A stretch of 32,000 bases of DNA, taken from NCBI RefSeq assembly GCF_001458695.1, contig NZ_LN885086.1, forward strand, positions 2,190,001 through 2,222,000, in the 5' to 3' direction. This stretch comes from Candidatus Nitrospira inopinata (GTDB lineage: Bacteria; Nitrospirota; Nitrospiria; Nitrospirales; Nitrospiraceae). Below the pieces are notes generated by a model that saw only the letters and a program-made list of their open reading frames with translations, ran no database searches and was not told the origin of the DNA. The position numbers and the translations under genes are program-made. Positions 17,101 through 24,698 of the stretch are shown in pieces (the first letter of the stretch is position 1; the number at the start of each line of letters is the position of its first letter).

Positions 17101-19156
17101 TAGCGATGCGTGGCGCGTCCATGAACAATACGAGGAAGGACGATACGTCGAAGTCGGTCGCGACGTGCCCTATTCGCAGGATTTCAGCTTTCCCCACTTG
17201 TTGGTGATGAATTACTTCCCTGTTCTCTGCGTCATGCACGAGCGGAGTTGCCTAGAGGAAGTAGGGTTTTTCGACGAATCGTTGTTCGCGCACGAAGACT
17301 GGGATCTCTGGATTCGTATGGCCGAAAAGTTCCCCTTTATCCATGTAAAAAAAGTCACGGCGGAATTTACGTGGAGAACGGACGGCAGCTCCATGACGAG
17401 CAGTACCCGACACACCTACTACAGGACCACGGACATCATCTATCAAAAGTACAGGCCTTTGGCCGAGCGATTCCCCGGTGTGCTGGCCGCGCAAGAATGG
17501 CAGTCGGCAGAGTTCAAGAAACAATTCCAATCCGATCGGTTCGTCTGTTCCATCATCATTCCGGTGCACAACGGGCTTGATTTGACCAAACAGTGTCTGA
17601 CCGCGCTGGCGTCCGCAACGACAGATGTGCGTTACGAGGTGATCCTCGTGGACAACGGTTCGACGGATGGAACGGCGGCGTTCCTGCAAACCCTCCGGGG
17701 CGATGTGCGAATCATCCGAAACGATGAGAATCTTGGGTTTGCCAAGGCGTGCAATCAGGGCGCCAAAGCGGCGCGGGGGAGGTATCTGGTTTTCTTGAAC
17801 AACGACACGGTTCCACAACCCAATTGGTTGAGCCCCTTGGTGCAAGAAGTGGAAGAACATCCCGAAGTCGGTATGGTTGGCAGTAAGCTCTTGTATCCTG
17901 ACGGCACTGTTCAACATGCGGGGGTGGTGTTCTCTCGGGATGGGGCGCCATATCACGTCTATCGAAGAGTATCGGCGGATTCGCCGGCCGTCGGCAAGCG
18001 GCGGGAGTTCCAGGTCGTTACTGCGGCGTGCTTGTTGATTCGTCGTGACCTGTTCGAGGCCGTCGGTGGATTCGATGAAGCATTCGTCAATGGTTTCGAG
18101 GACGTGGATCTCTGCCTCAAGGTGCGCAGGAGGGGGGCGCAGGTCGTGTACCAGCCGCGCAGCGCGCTGATCCATCTTGAAGGCCAGACCCTCGGCCGCA
18201 AGGCGGGAGAATCCGACAATGACCGTCTGTTGAGGGAACGGTGGAACAACCTTCTGTGGCTGGAAGATGAAGATCTCCACTATCACACTGACGGATACAA
18301 ATTGGTCGGAGATCTCTCTGGCGCGAACAGGGCGACGCGCGTTGTTCCTCTGACCGACGTGCATGACCGGGCTTGTTGGGCCCATGTCGCGGCGGCTCAG
18401 GCGGCCGCGCTCAAGAAAGATTGGGAAGCCGTCAGGCGCGAGATCCATCTGGTGGATGATTGGCCTAATGATCGCTTAGTCCTTTTATGGGGGGCCAAAG
18501 TCGCCGAGCGATTGAAAGACCCGGTGTGCCAGGTGCGGTTTCTGGCTCGGGCCGTGGAGCTGGGGGCCACATCGGATGAGCGCTTTAGCCTAGCTCGTTT
18601 GTTGCTCGAACAGGGGGATCTGGTCGGGACCGATCAGCAGCTTCGCGCTGCGCTGCGTTTGCAGACGGATCACCCCGAAGGTCTCTTCCTCCAGGGAGTC
18701 CTCTGCATGCAGCGAGAGCAGTATGGGGAGGCCGAGTCGTCGTTCGCTCGTGCGCTCAAAGCTGGCGCCAATCGCCGCAAATGTCTCATGGGCATGGGGA
18801 TGGCAGCCATGGGTCGGTCCTATCCACAAGGAGCGTGGGAGAAGTTTTGCGAGGTCCTGACGGATCATCCCGATGACCCAGAGGCGATCCATTGGCTGCT
18901 GCGCGCGGGCACGGCGCAGAACCGGTGGGAGGAATTGAGCCGTTACGTCAGGGCCTATGTGGAGCGCAATCCCGGCGACCTTGCGACGCGATTTGCGCTT
19001 ACCGGCGTGTTGCTCCGCGCCGACCGGATCGAAGAGGCGAGGAAAGAGCAGGAGGTGATCCGGGCGTTGGATCCGGCGTATGACGGTCTGGCCGAATTGG
19101 AGGAGGCGATCTCGAAGAAAGAGGCCATATTGGCCGTGGAAGCGACGGAGGGATAA
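14117..19156 (+). CDS. 1679-aa multidomain glycan assembly protein: GT2-like N-domain, GT2, class I SAM methyltransferase, GT2, GT2, C-terminal TPR repeats
   Basis: TAATG overlap with the FkbM gene. The GT2-like N-domain ('INILLPT', 'LLVADDDLF') spans ~14117-15170. GT2 #1 'VSVIVPCYAQADFLAEAIESVVTQTFSDWECLIVDDGSPD' begins ~15236. The methyltransferase 'ILDVGCGSGWLT' is at 16196. GT2 #2 'VSVIVPTCNRPDRLRETLQSVLAQSYRDFEIIVVNDG' starts at 16763. GT2 #3 'CSIIIPVHNGLDLTKQCL..VILVDNGSTDGT' starts at 17540. TPR-like repeats span ~18435-19153. Confidence 0.85.
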   Translation: MGLINILLPTIRFSAMAKDIMVQLFRAGEENRDVHVTIADGQENEEKKRWILASADLLSKDGRFAYIGLQNPTERLYRAAQIESEWVLLVADDDLFSINYLRCALDAVRTAAPAVTAFVPRLYLSYSPKTHLLYRLKPINGPDQRERLTSLFTQGHNGLLTFGVMRRRLFWEWMDFVRTKPIWPSYSDQLFVSYLAMKGWLLPMAEECAILKDDGDWHDPPQAIRKDARSYQEEFLTLFHEVFWTADLFAFLRERGLEDEAVPAVMGRVRTLLGNGAASFPLRLSVLDIKPSPRVREAKEFVEQLAAEANTMLAKSLHEQIRFLEEIVEVSRSLGWQSGPASAVPEQDEHGGKTTPVSPFISSGTESGAREADPTVSVIVPCYAQADFLAEAIESVVTQTFSDWECLIVDDGSPDHTAQVARDLIARYPDKRIRLIRKTNGGLSDARNAGIREARGRYILPLDADDRLDPRYLAETVPILERNPDIAIVYVDERTFGETEGVHRKGVVTLESLLVGNVHDYCSLYRRSVWERVGGYSPAMYLGAEDWCFWIGAAKLGFRSYHVGQPLFWYRRRRGTMVERVQANMNVIKAHIVFHYPDLFIESGKEKARRILSSPSEAVREQLKKARALHPDNELLEVFSRFVQGDEESGKPTALRGNGTWANEREARWVEVATFLEQILREIRRNDPNRPLRILDVGCGSGWLTDRVSMYGSCEGVDPDPLAIADARRQFPHLRFEACEAGRLPPSLKTASYDIVLCSRMLEGIRQEMRDAICKQLTRLLKPNGHLILTMRRGEIWEQWSKAGLPSNQAETWMTEAQVSELVAAHGFRPIQVERLYVEIPERRYVPAPTPADLKSRELIPLDQVWVCRLGMPASPSTVLGQPTVSVIVPTCNRPDRLRETLQSVLAQSYRDFEIIVVNDGNVDVSSVIGALNTDDRITLIKHDRNRGLAAARNTGIRVARGKYIAYLDDDDRYLPDHLETLVTVLEKGQCKAAYSDAWRVHEQYEEGRYVEVGRDVPYSQDFSFPHLLVMNYFPVLCVMHERSCLEEVGFFDESLFAHEDWDLWIRMAEKFPFIHVKKVTAEFTWRTDGSSMTSSTRHTYYRTTDIIYQKYRPLAERFPGVLAAQEWQSAEFKKQFQSDRFVCSIIIPVHNGLDLTKQCLTALASATTDVRYEVILVDNGSTDGTAAFLQTLRGDVRIIRNDENLGFAKACNQGAKAARGRYLVFLNNDTVPQPNWLSPLVQEVEEHPEVGMVGSKLLYPDGTVQHAGVVFSRDGAPYHVYRRVSADSPAVGKRREFQVVTAACLLIRRDLFEAVGGFDEAFVNGFEDVDLCLKVRRRGAQVVYQPRSALIHLEGQTLGRKAGESDNDRLLRERWNNLLWLEDEDLHYHTDGYKLVGDLSGANRATRVVPLTDVHDRACWAHVAAAQAAALKKDWEAVRREIHLVDDWPNDRLVLLWGAKVAERLKDPVCQVRFLARAVELGATSDERFSLARLLLEQGDLVGTDQQLRAALRLQTDHPEGLFLQGVLCMQREQYGEAESSFARALKAGANRRKCLMGMGMAAMGRSYPQGAWEKFCEVLTDHPDDPEAIHWLLRAGTAQNRWEELSRYVRAYVERNPGDLATRFALTGVLLRADRIEEARKEQEVIRALDPAYDGLAELEEAISKKEAILAVEATEG

Positions 19157-19163
19157 GGAAAAC

Positions 19164-20363
19164 ATGGCAAGGGCGCTGGTCGTTCAACTCGCCCGGCTCG
19201 GCGATCTGATCCAGACGATCCCGGCGATCATGGCGCTCAGGATGGCCCATCCGACCGATGGCCTCGATCTCCTGTGTCCGTCCTCCCTGGCGCCGATCGG
19301 GCGGCTGATACCGGGTGTTGACAGGGTTTTGGAATGGGATGGGTTCGTCTGGCACCGGTGGGCGGATGAAGCGTCGGTCGATTTTTTGCCGGCGCACCTT
19401 GAGCGGGCCACGAAACAGCTTGAGGCTCTGGCAACGCACCGGTATGGGACGGCCTATGTTCTGAACCATCATCGTCGGGCATTGTTGGCCGGTTCCTTGC
19501 TGGCTGACGAAGTGAGAGGACCGTTGCTCGACGGTCCTCTCGGGACCGCTCTGTCTCCCTGGGCTTCGTATGTGCGAGACGTCGCGCATACGGGGCATGG
19601 CTGCCGTGTGCATTTGGCCGATGCGCTCTGCGGGCTGTGCGGAGTCTCTCCTTCCGGGAACCCTCCGGCTCTGATCAACACGTCGCACCCGTTGCCGGCC
19701 GACTTGGAATCGCTCGGCAGTCACGGAGAGCCGTGGGTCGGGCTCATCGTCGGAGCCGGAGCGGTTGAACGGCTGGTGCCGATCGACGTTTGGAAACAAT
19801 TGGTCATCAGGTTTCTGGAGACGACCCCGTCCGGCCGCGTCATCCTGCTCGGCCGGGAGCGGGAGCGAGGGAGGCAGCTTCACGATCTCCTGCCGCCTTT
19901 GCTGCTTGGTCGAGTCTGGGATGTCACAGGCCGGATCTCGCTACATGACCTGGTTGCCGTCATGAGCCGCTGTCACCTTGTCGTCGGCGCTGATACGGGC
20001 CCGCTGCATCTGGCTGCCGCTGTCGGAGTCAGAGTGATCGGCTGGTACTTTGCGCGGGCTCGTGTGCATGAGACCGGCCCCTATGGCGTCGGCCATGTGG
20101 TGTGGCAAGCGGAGGATTCAAATGGGAAAGGCCACAGTGAGCGAACCGATGTCAGACCGCTTCAGTGGCCGATAGAGGAAACGGCTGGTCTTCTGACGCA
20201 GGGCCGGGAATTGGCAACCGCGCCCATGGTATCCGGCTGGTCAGTCTGGACCAGCCACTGCGACCGATGGGGCGCCTATTACACCAAGATGGGTGACCCA
20301 TCCATCTCCCCTCCGGAGCGTGAAGCACTGTGGAGCAAACTGTCGTCCTTGGTCTGCCGGTGA
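19164..20363 (+). CDS. family-9 (heptosyltransferase-like) GT-B glycosyltransferase
   Basis: ATG 19164 lies 7 nt after the upstream stop; the track start 19080 is an extension. 'ALVVQLARLGDLIQTIPAI' and 'LVVGADTGPLHLAAAVGVRVIG' are the two GT9 signature blocks. Confidence 0.8.
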   Translation: MARALVVQLARLGDLIQTIPAIMALRMAHPTDGLDLLCPSSLAPIGRLIPGVDRVLEWDGFVWHRWADEASVDFLPAHLERATKQLEALATHRYGTAYVLNHHRRALLAGSLLADEVRGPLLDGPLGTALSPWASYVRDVAHTGHGCRVHLADALCGLCGVSPSGNPPALINTSHPLPADLESLGSHGEPWVGLIVGAGAVERLVPIDVWKQLVIRFLETTPSGRVILLGRERERGRQLHDLLPPLLLGRVWDVTGRISLHDLVAVMSRCHLVVGADTGPLHLAAAVGVRVIGWYFARARVHETGPYGVGHVVWQAEDSNGKGHSERTDVRPLQWPIEETAGLLTQGRELATAPMVSGWSVWTSHCDRWGAYYTKMGDPSISPPEREALWSKLSSLVCR

Positions 20364-20374
20364 GTGAGGGACTT

Positions 20375-22192
20375 GTGAGCGTCTTGCGAGAAAATCTTGA
20401 ACGGCTTGCCAACACAGATCCGGCACTTGCGGACGCTGTGCGATCTTCATCAGGAGGTGTGCTCTCGCTCCTTCCATCGCGCGAGGGAACGGTCACGGCG
20501 AAATGCGGCGATCGATGGATTCACAGTTCGTACGATCCTCGTAAAGAAGCCCGCTCCTGGGCTGACGCGCAATTCAAAGACTGGAGAGATGAGGAAGTCG
20601 GTGTGGTGCTCGGTGTCGGGCTCTTGTATCACGTGGAGGCGTTGGCGTCGCTGAAGCAAGACGGCCGCAGGTTGGCGGTGCTTGTTCCGGATCCGTCCGT
20701 GCTCAAAGACGCGCTTGGCGCTCGTGCGCTTGGTCGCTGGCTCGAAGCCGTTGAGTGGATCTGGGGCCATCCGTCGGACATGGCGGACCGTTTGGCCGGC
20801 CTTGCGAGCCCCTTGCGGTTCATGACCTATGCGCCGGCAGCCGGCCTGCATGAAGCCGTTCACCGTGAGGTGGAGGCATCTTTGCGCCGGATGGTGGCGG
20901 CCCGGCAGGGGGGACAACTGCGGATCGCCGTCGTGGGTCCGATTTACGGCGGATCATTGCCGATCGGCCGCTATGTGACCTCGGCGCTGGAGTCGCTTGG
21001 GCATCGCGCGACCTGGATCGACCACAGTGTTCATCATGCAGGCTACCGGCGGTTCGATTCCTACCGCGACGTCCGCCATCGTCTAACGATGCAGAGCCGC
21101 TTCGCGGAGCTCTTGAGTTTGGATACGGTCGCTCGATTGGCCGAGGATCCGCCCGACCTGGTGCTTGCCGTCGCCCAGGCGCCGCTGACGGCCGGCGTGT
21201 TGGAGCACGTGCGGAAGAAGAAATTTCCCACCATCATGTGGTTCGTGGAAAATTATCGACATTTGACCTATTGGCGGCAACTGGCATCGAGCTATGACTA
21301 TTGGTTTGTGATTCAGCGGGGAGACTGTGTCGAAGCGCTGAGAAGGGCCGGCGCGCGGCAGGTGCACTATCTTCCTGTTGCGGCCGATGTGGACGTACAC
21401 GCGCCCTGTTCTCTCACCGACGCCGAACGAGCCGAATACGGCGCCGATGTCTCGTTCGTGGGGGCCGGTTACCGGAACCGACGTATGCTCTTGCCTCGCT
21501 GGTTGTCGCCCGAATGGACCTTCAAGCTGTGGGGAACCGAATGGGAAGGAGCGGCCGATCTGACTTCGGTGTTGCAGCGAGGCGGCGCCCGCATCGACAT
21601 CGAGACCTGCCGAAAGGTATTCAACGCCACCACCATCAATTTGAATCTCCATTCATACAACGGACCATCGTTGGACCCCCAGGCGGACTTTGTGAATCCA
21701 CGGACGTTCGAACTGGCTGCTTGTGGGGCGTTTCAATTGACCGACGAACGATCATTGTTGCCCGAGTTGTTTACTGACCAGGAAATTATTCGATTCCGAT
21801 CCGCTGATGAAGTGCCGCAGTTGATCCGCCGGTGGCTTCATGACGACCACAAAAGGAGGGAGGTGGCTGAGGCCGCACGGCGGCGAGTCCTGGCCCACCA
21901 TACCTATCGCCATCGGATGGAAGATCTATTGGGGGTGATCGGCCTTCGGCAGCCGAATCGAATCGGCGCCATCTTGCAAGGCGATCGCAATGCGGGGGCT
22001 CTGGCCGCTCGGCCCGAGACTCCGCCGGAGTTGGCGGCGCTCCTGGGTCGATTTCCCCCCAATCAGCGGGTCGAACTGAAGGATGTGGCTGACAACATTC
22101 GGGCCCGCGGCGCCGGCCGTCGCTTGGCTCGCGAGGAATTGCTCATTCTTTTGTTGGATAGTTACCGCTCGGAAACGAGGGATCTTGTCTGA
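20375..22192 (+). CDS. Maf-N-terminal-like domain fused to CgeB-type (DUF3880 / Glyco_trans_1_2-like) glycosyltransferase
   Basis: GTG 20375 lies 4 nt after GAGGG. Alternative in-frame starts are GTG 20360 (GTGA overlap with the GT9 stop) and GTG 20330. The N-terminus 'LRENLERLANTDPALADAV ... IHSSYDPRKEARSWA ... VVLGVGLLYH' resembles the N-terminal region of Maf flagellin glycosyltransferases. The C-terminus 'INLNLH..NPRTFELAACGAFQLTD..IIRFRSADEV..AARRRVLAHHTYRHRMEDLL' matches CgeB-type GT domains. Confidence 0.65.
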   Translation: MSVLRENLERLANTDPALADAVRSSSGGVLSLLPSREGTVTAKCGDRWIHSSYDPRKEARSWADAQFKDWRDEEVGVVLGVGLLYHVEALASLKQDGRRLAVLVPDPSVLKDALGARALGRWLEAVEWIWGHPSDMADRLAGLASPLRFMTYAPAAGLHEAVHREVEASLRRMVAARQGGQLRIAVVGPIYGGSLPIGRYVTSALESLGHRATWIDHSVHHAGYRRFDSYRDVRHRLTMQSRFAELLSLDTVARLAEDPPDLVLAVAQAPLTAGVLEHVRKKKFPTIMWFVENYRHLTYWRQLASSYDYWFVIQRGDCVEALRRAGARQVHYLPVAADVDVHAPCSLTDAERAEYGADVSFVGAGYRNRRMLLPRWLSPEWTFKLWGTEWEGAADLTSVLQRGGARIDIETCRKVFNATTINLNLHSYNGPSLDPQADFVNPRTFELAACGAFQLTDERSLLPELFTDQEIIRFRSADEVPQLIRRWLHDDHKRREVAEAARRRVLAHHTYRHRMEDLLGVIGLRQPNRIGAILQGDRNAGALAARPETPPELAALLGRFPPNQRVELKDVADNIRARGAGRRLAREELLILLLDSYRSETRDLV

Positions 22193-22265
22193 CGGTTCGT
22201 GAACGAGATGGGGGAAACGAGTGAATCGGGACGGCGTTTCAAACCGGACTGATGACACAGGGCGT

Positions 22266-23930
22266 ATGAGGCAAGTCCTGGTCGTGAATGTGACCAGGAT
22301 GGGCGACCTGGTGCAGATGGGGGCTCTGCTGGGCCGGCTGGCGCAAGAATGGCCTGGCTGTGCCGTCGATCTCGTGATCGATCGACGGTTCGCTTCCGTC
22401 GCTGCTCTGTTACCTGGTTTACGCGAGGTCGTCACCCATGACTTTCATGAGCTGATCGATGAGAGTCGAGCGGCCGTCAAAGATGTTGTCGCCCTGTATC
22501 GGGAGCTGGCGGAGTGGGTCCGTCCGTTGGTGGAGCGCCGGTATGACCGCATCATCAATCTCACGTTCAACCGGGCCAGCGCGCTCCTGGTCGGCGTCAT
22601 CGGGGCTCCCGACATCCGTGGGGCTCGAACCGCTTGGGATGGCGGCACGGTCATCGACAACCTCTGGATGGCCTATTTCGCGGATATGCACCATTTTCGT
22701 CGGATCAATCGGTTCAATCTGGTCGATCTCTACGCTTTGGGCGGGAGCGGGCCAGGTCCCTTCACGCCGCTTAAGCTGACGGTGGGAAGAGTGGATCAAG
22801 AATGGGCTCGCTGCGTCATCTCGGCCAACGGCCATGAGCGGATGGAGTGGATTGCAGTCCAAGCCGGCGCCAGCGACGTCATGAAGGCGTGGCGGCCCCA
22901 GCATTTTGGTCGCACGTTGGCGCTTCTGTCGAAACCATGGAGCGGGGGTTTTCTTTTTCTGGGGGCTGAGTCCGAACGAGGCGTCGTCTCGCAAGTGTTG
23001 CAAGCCTATCGAGAGGCAGGAGGACGGAACCCGGTCAGCAGCGAGGTGGGGAAGACGACCGTGGCCCAAGCCACGGCGTTGCTGGCTGCCTCTCGCCTGC
23101 TGCTGACGAATGATACGGGGCCCATGCACTTGGCCGTCGCGGTGGGGACTCCGGTCGTCGATCTCTCGGTCGGCCACGTCGATTTTTGGGAGACAGGTCC
23201 GTATGGGCCGGGCCATTGGGTGCTTCAGCCGGAGTTGGACTGTGCACCCTGTGGATTCGATCAAGTGTGCCCGCATCAAACCTGCAAGGATCAATTGCAG
23301 ACCGATCAAGTGACGGCGTTGTTGCTTCACGTCTTGGGTCGCGGACCATTTCCGTCCGACATTCGAGGGTTCCGTGTGTATCAATCCGATGTCGATGAAG
23401 ACGGCTTGGGAACATTCAGATGTTGCGCGGGGCAGGAGCCGCCCGATGTGGCCTGGCATGCTTCGTTTTGGCGGCGCTATTGGTATGAAACCTTCACAGG
23501 GGTCCAAAGTCGAATCCCTTCCACGGAGATTCCGCCGCCCGACGTCGATGAGGCTCGGTCGGTGATCGAGAGCCTGGCGCCGGCCGTCGAGCGGGCCTGC
23601 GCCGCAGCCGATGAAGTCGTGCGGGTGGCAACCCAACGATTCGTCGACGCCGAGAGGCTTCGGGCATTGCAGCGCGCGCTTTCCCGTGAACGGGAACGGC
23701 TCGTTGCGTTGGGCATGAGCACGATGGCCACAAGACCGATCACGACGGCGTTTGTCAGGGCCATTCAGAGCGACGATATGGAGGGCTTGGGGCAAATGGC
23801 GCGGCATCATGCGCGGGCGTATCAGCGGTGGAGGGCGCAGTTGGTTCATCTGGGTCAAGCGTTTGGGATTGGGAGACAGAAGGAGGCGAAGACGCCGCCG
23901 CCTCGATATGCGTCGACAGCCGTTCAATGA
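22266..23930 (+). CDS. family-9 (heptosyltransferase-like) glycosyltransferase with Cys-cluster insertion and ~200-aa helical C-terminal extension
   Basis: ATG 22266 gives the typical GT9 N-terminus 'MRQVLVVNVTRMGDLVQ'; GTG 22221 is the alternative start. 'LLLTNDTGPMHLAVAVGTPVVDL' is the second GT9 block. 'CAPCGFDQVCPHQTC' is a Cys4 cluster. The C-terminal ~200 aa are Ala/Arg-rich and look helical. Confidence 0.75.
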   Translation: MRQVLVVNVTRMGDLVQMGALLGRLAQEWPGCAVDLVIDRRFASVAALLPGLREVVTHDFHELIDESRAAVKDVVALYRELAEWVRPLVERRYDRIINLTFNRASALLVGVIGAPDIRGARTAWDGGTVIDNLWMAYFADMHHFRRINRFNLVDLYALGGSGPGPFTPLKLTVGRVDQEWARCVISANGHERMEWIAVQAGASDVMKAWRPQHFGRTLALLSKPWSGGFLFLGAESERGVVSQVLQAYREAGGRNPVSSEVGKTTVAQATALLAASRLLLTNDTGPMHLAVAVGTPVVDLSVGHVDFWETGPYGPGHWVLQPELDCAPCGFDQVCPHQTCKDQLQTDQVTALLLHVLGRGPFPSDIRGFRVYQSDVDEDGLGTFRCCAGQEPPDVAWHASFWRRYWYETFTGVQSRIPSTEIPPPDVDEARSVIESLAPAVERACAAADEVVRVATQRFVDAERLRALQRALSRERERLVALGMSTMATRPITTAFVRAIQSDDMEGLGQMARHHARAYQRWRAQLVHLGQAFGIGRQKEAKTPPPRYASTAVQ

Positions 23931-23934
23931 AGGG

Positions 23935-23979
23935 TGCAACTCGGAGAGATGCGACTCGGAGAAGTGCGACTCGGCGGGG
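23935..23979. repeat. three tandem 15-bp direct repeats (TGCRACTCGG core)
   Basis: TGCAACTCGGAGAGA (23935-23949), TGCGACTCGGAGAAG (23950-23964), TGCGACTCGGCGGGG (23965-23979). The array starts 5 nt after the GT9 stop and lies in the 159-nt gap before the next gene. Confidence 0.8.
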
Positions 23980-24089
23980 ATGACACGGTGGGAACGGCGC
24001 GAATGGTTGTCGGTAGGTTGTCTGAAGTCGACGATCCGCCACGCCGGAAGACGGGAGAGTCGTCAAAAGAGGTGGAAAGGAGAGCGACC

Positions 24090-24614
24090 ATGCGCGTGAA
24101 GCTCGATCAAGAGGAGTGGGAGTCTTTGGAACAGGCGACATTGGGCGAGGTATTGGCCGAAGTCAGCGACCGTGCCCACGCGCGATCGCGTCTGGTGACC
24201 GCGTTGCGGCTGGATCATCGGGAGATCACGGATCGGGACATCGACGCATCGTTGATGATGGAGCCGGCTTCCCGATACGGACGGCTTATCGCCGTGACCC
24301 AATCGGTTGAGGACATTGAACATGATGCCTGGATCGCCGCCGGACGCTACGCAAAACTGCTTCATGCGGAGGGACTGTCTCTGTTGGAAGCCTGGCGGGC
24401 CGGAACCTCTCGCGATCTAGCCATGAACGAATGGCTCGGCCAATTGGCCGATTATTTGGAATTTACCGAAGGACGCGATCGGCAATGTCCGGCTGATCGT
24501 CGGACCTCTCTCAGCTTCTGGGTTGAGGAGCTGTTGACGGCCAGAGATGGTGGTGACCTGATCCTGACGGCCGATCTCCTGGAATACGAAATCCTTCCGC
24601 GGTTGGCGGCATAG
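24090..24614 (+). CDS. hypothetical protein (174 aa) immediately upstream of fliC
   Basis: ATG 24090 lies behind AAGGAGAG; the track start 23934 would read through the tandem repeats. The product is acidic, looks soluble ('MRVKLDQEEWESLEQATLGEVLAEV...') and has no motif I recognise. Confidence 0.55.
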   Translation: MRVKLDQEEWESLEQATLGEVLAEVSDRAHARSRLVTALRLDHREITDRDIDASLMMEPASRYGRLIAVTQSVEDIEHDAWIAAGRYAKLLHAEGLSLLEAWRAGTSRDLAMNEWLGQLADYLEFTEGRDRQCPADRRTSLSFWVEELLTARDGGDLILTADLLEYEILPRLAA

Positions 24615-24698
24615 CCCTTCGCCCTTACCGGCGGTGGACTCTTCTGATGTTCATTCTTGCCCGTTGCCTTGTTCTGTTGGGTTTCCGTTCGCCGCTGC

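Noticed and set aside
1854-23930. Reading the sugar/GT block as an O-antigen or LPS-core locus, given rfbFGH and the GT9 'heptosyltransferases'.
   Set aside because: Not fully excluded, but disfavoured. There is no Wzx/Wzy/Wzz, Wzm/Wzt, initiating phosphoglycosyl transferase, ligase or any TM-like protein, and no ADP-heptose genes. The block has a Maf-like N-domain and TPR tails and is embedded in flagellar and c-di-GMP genes next to a Ser/Thr-rich flagellin.
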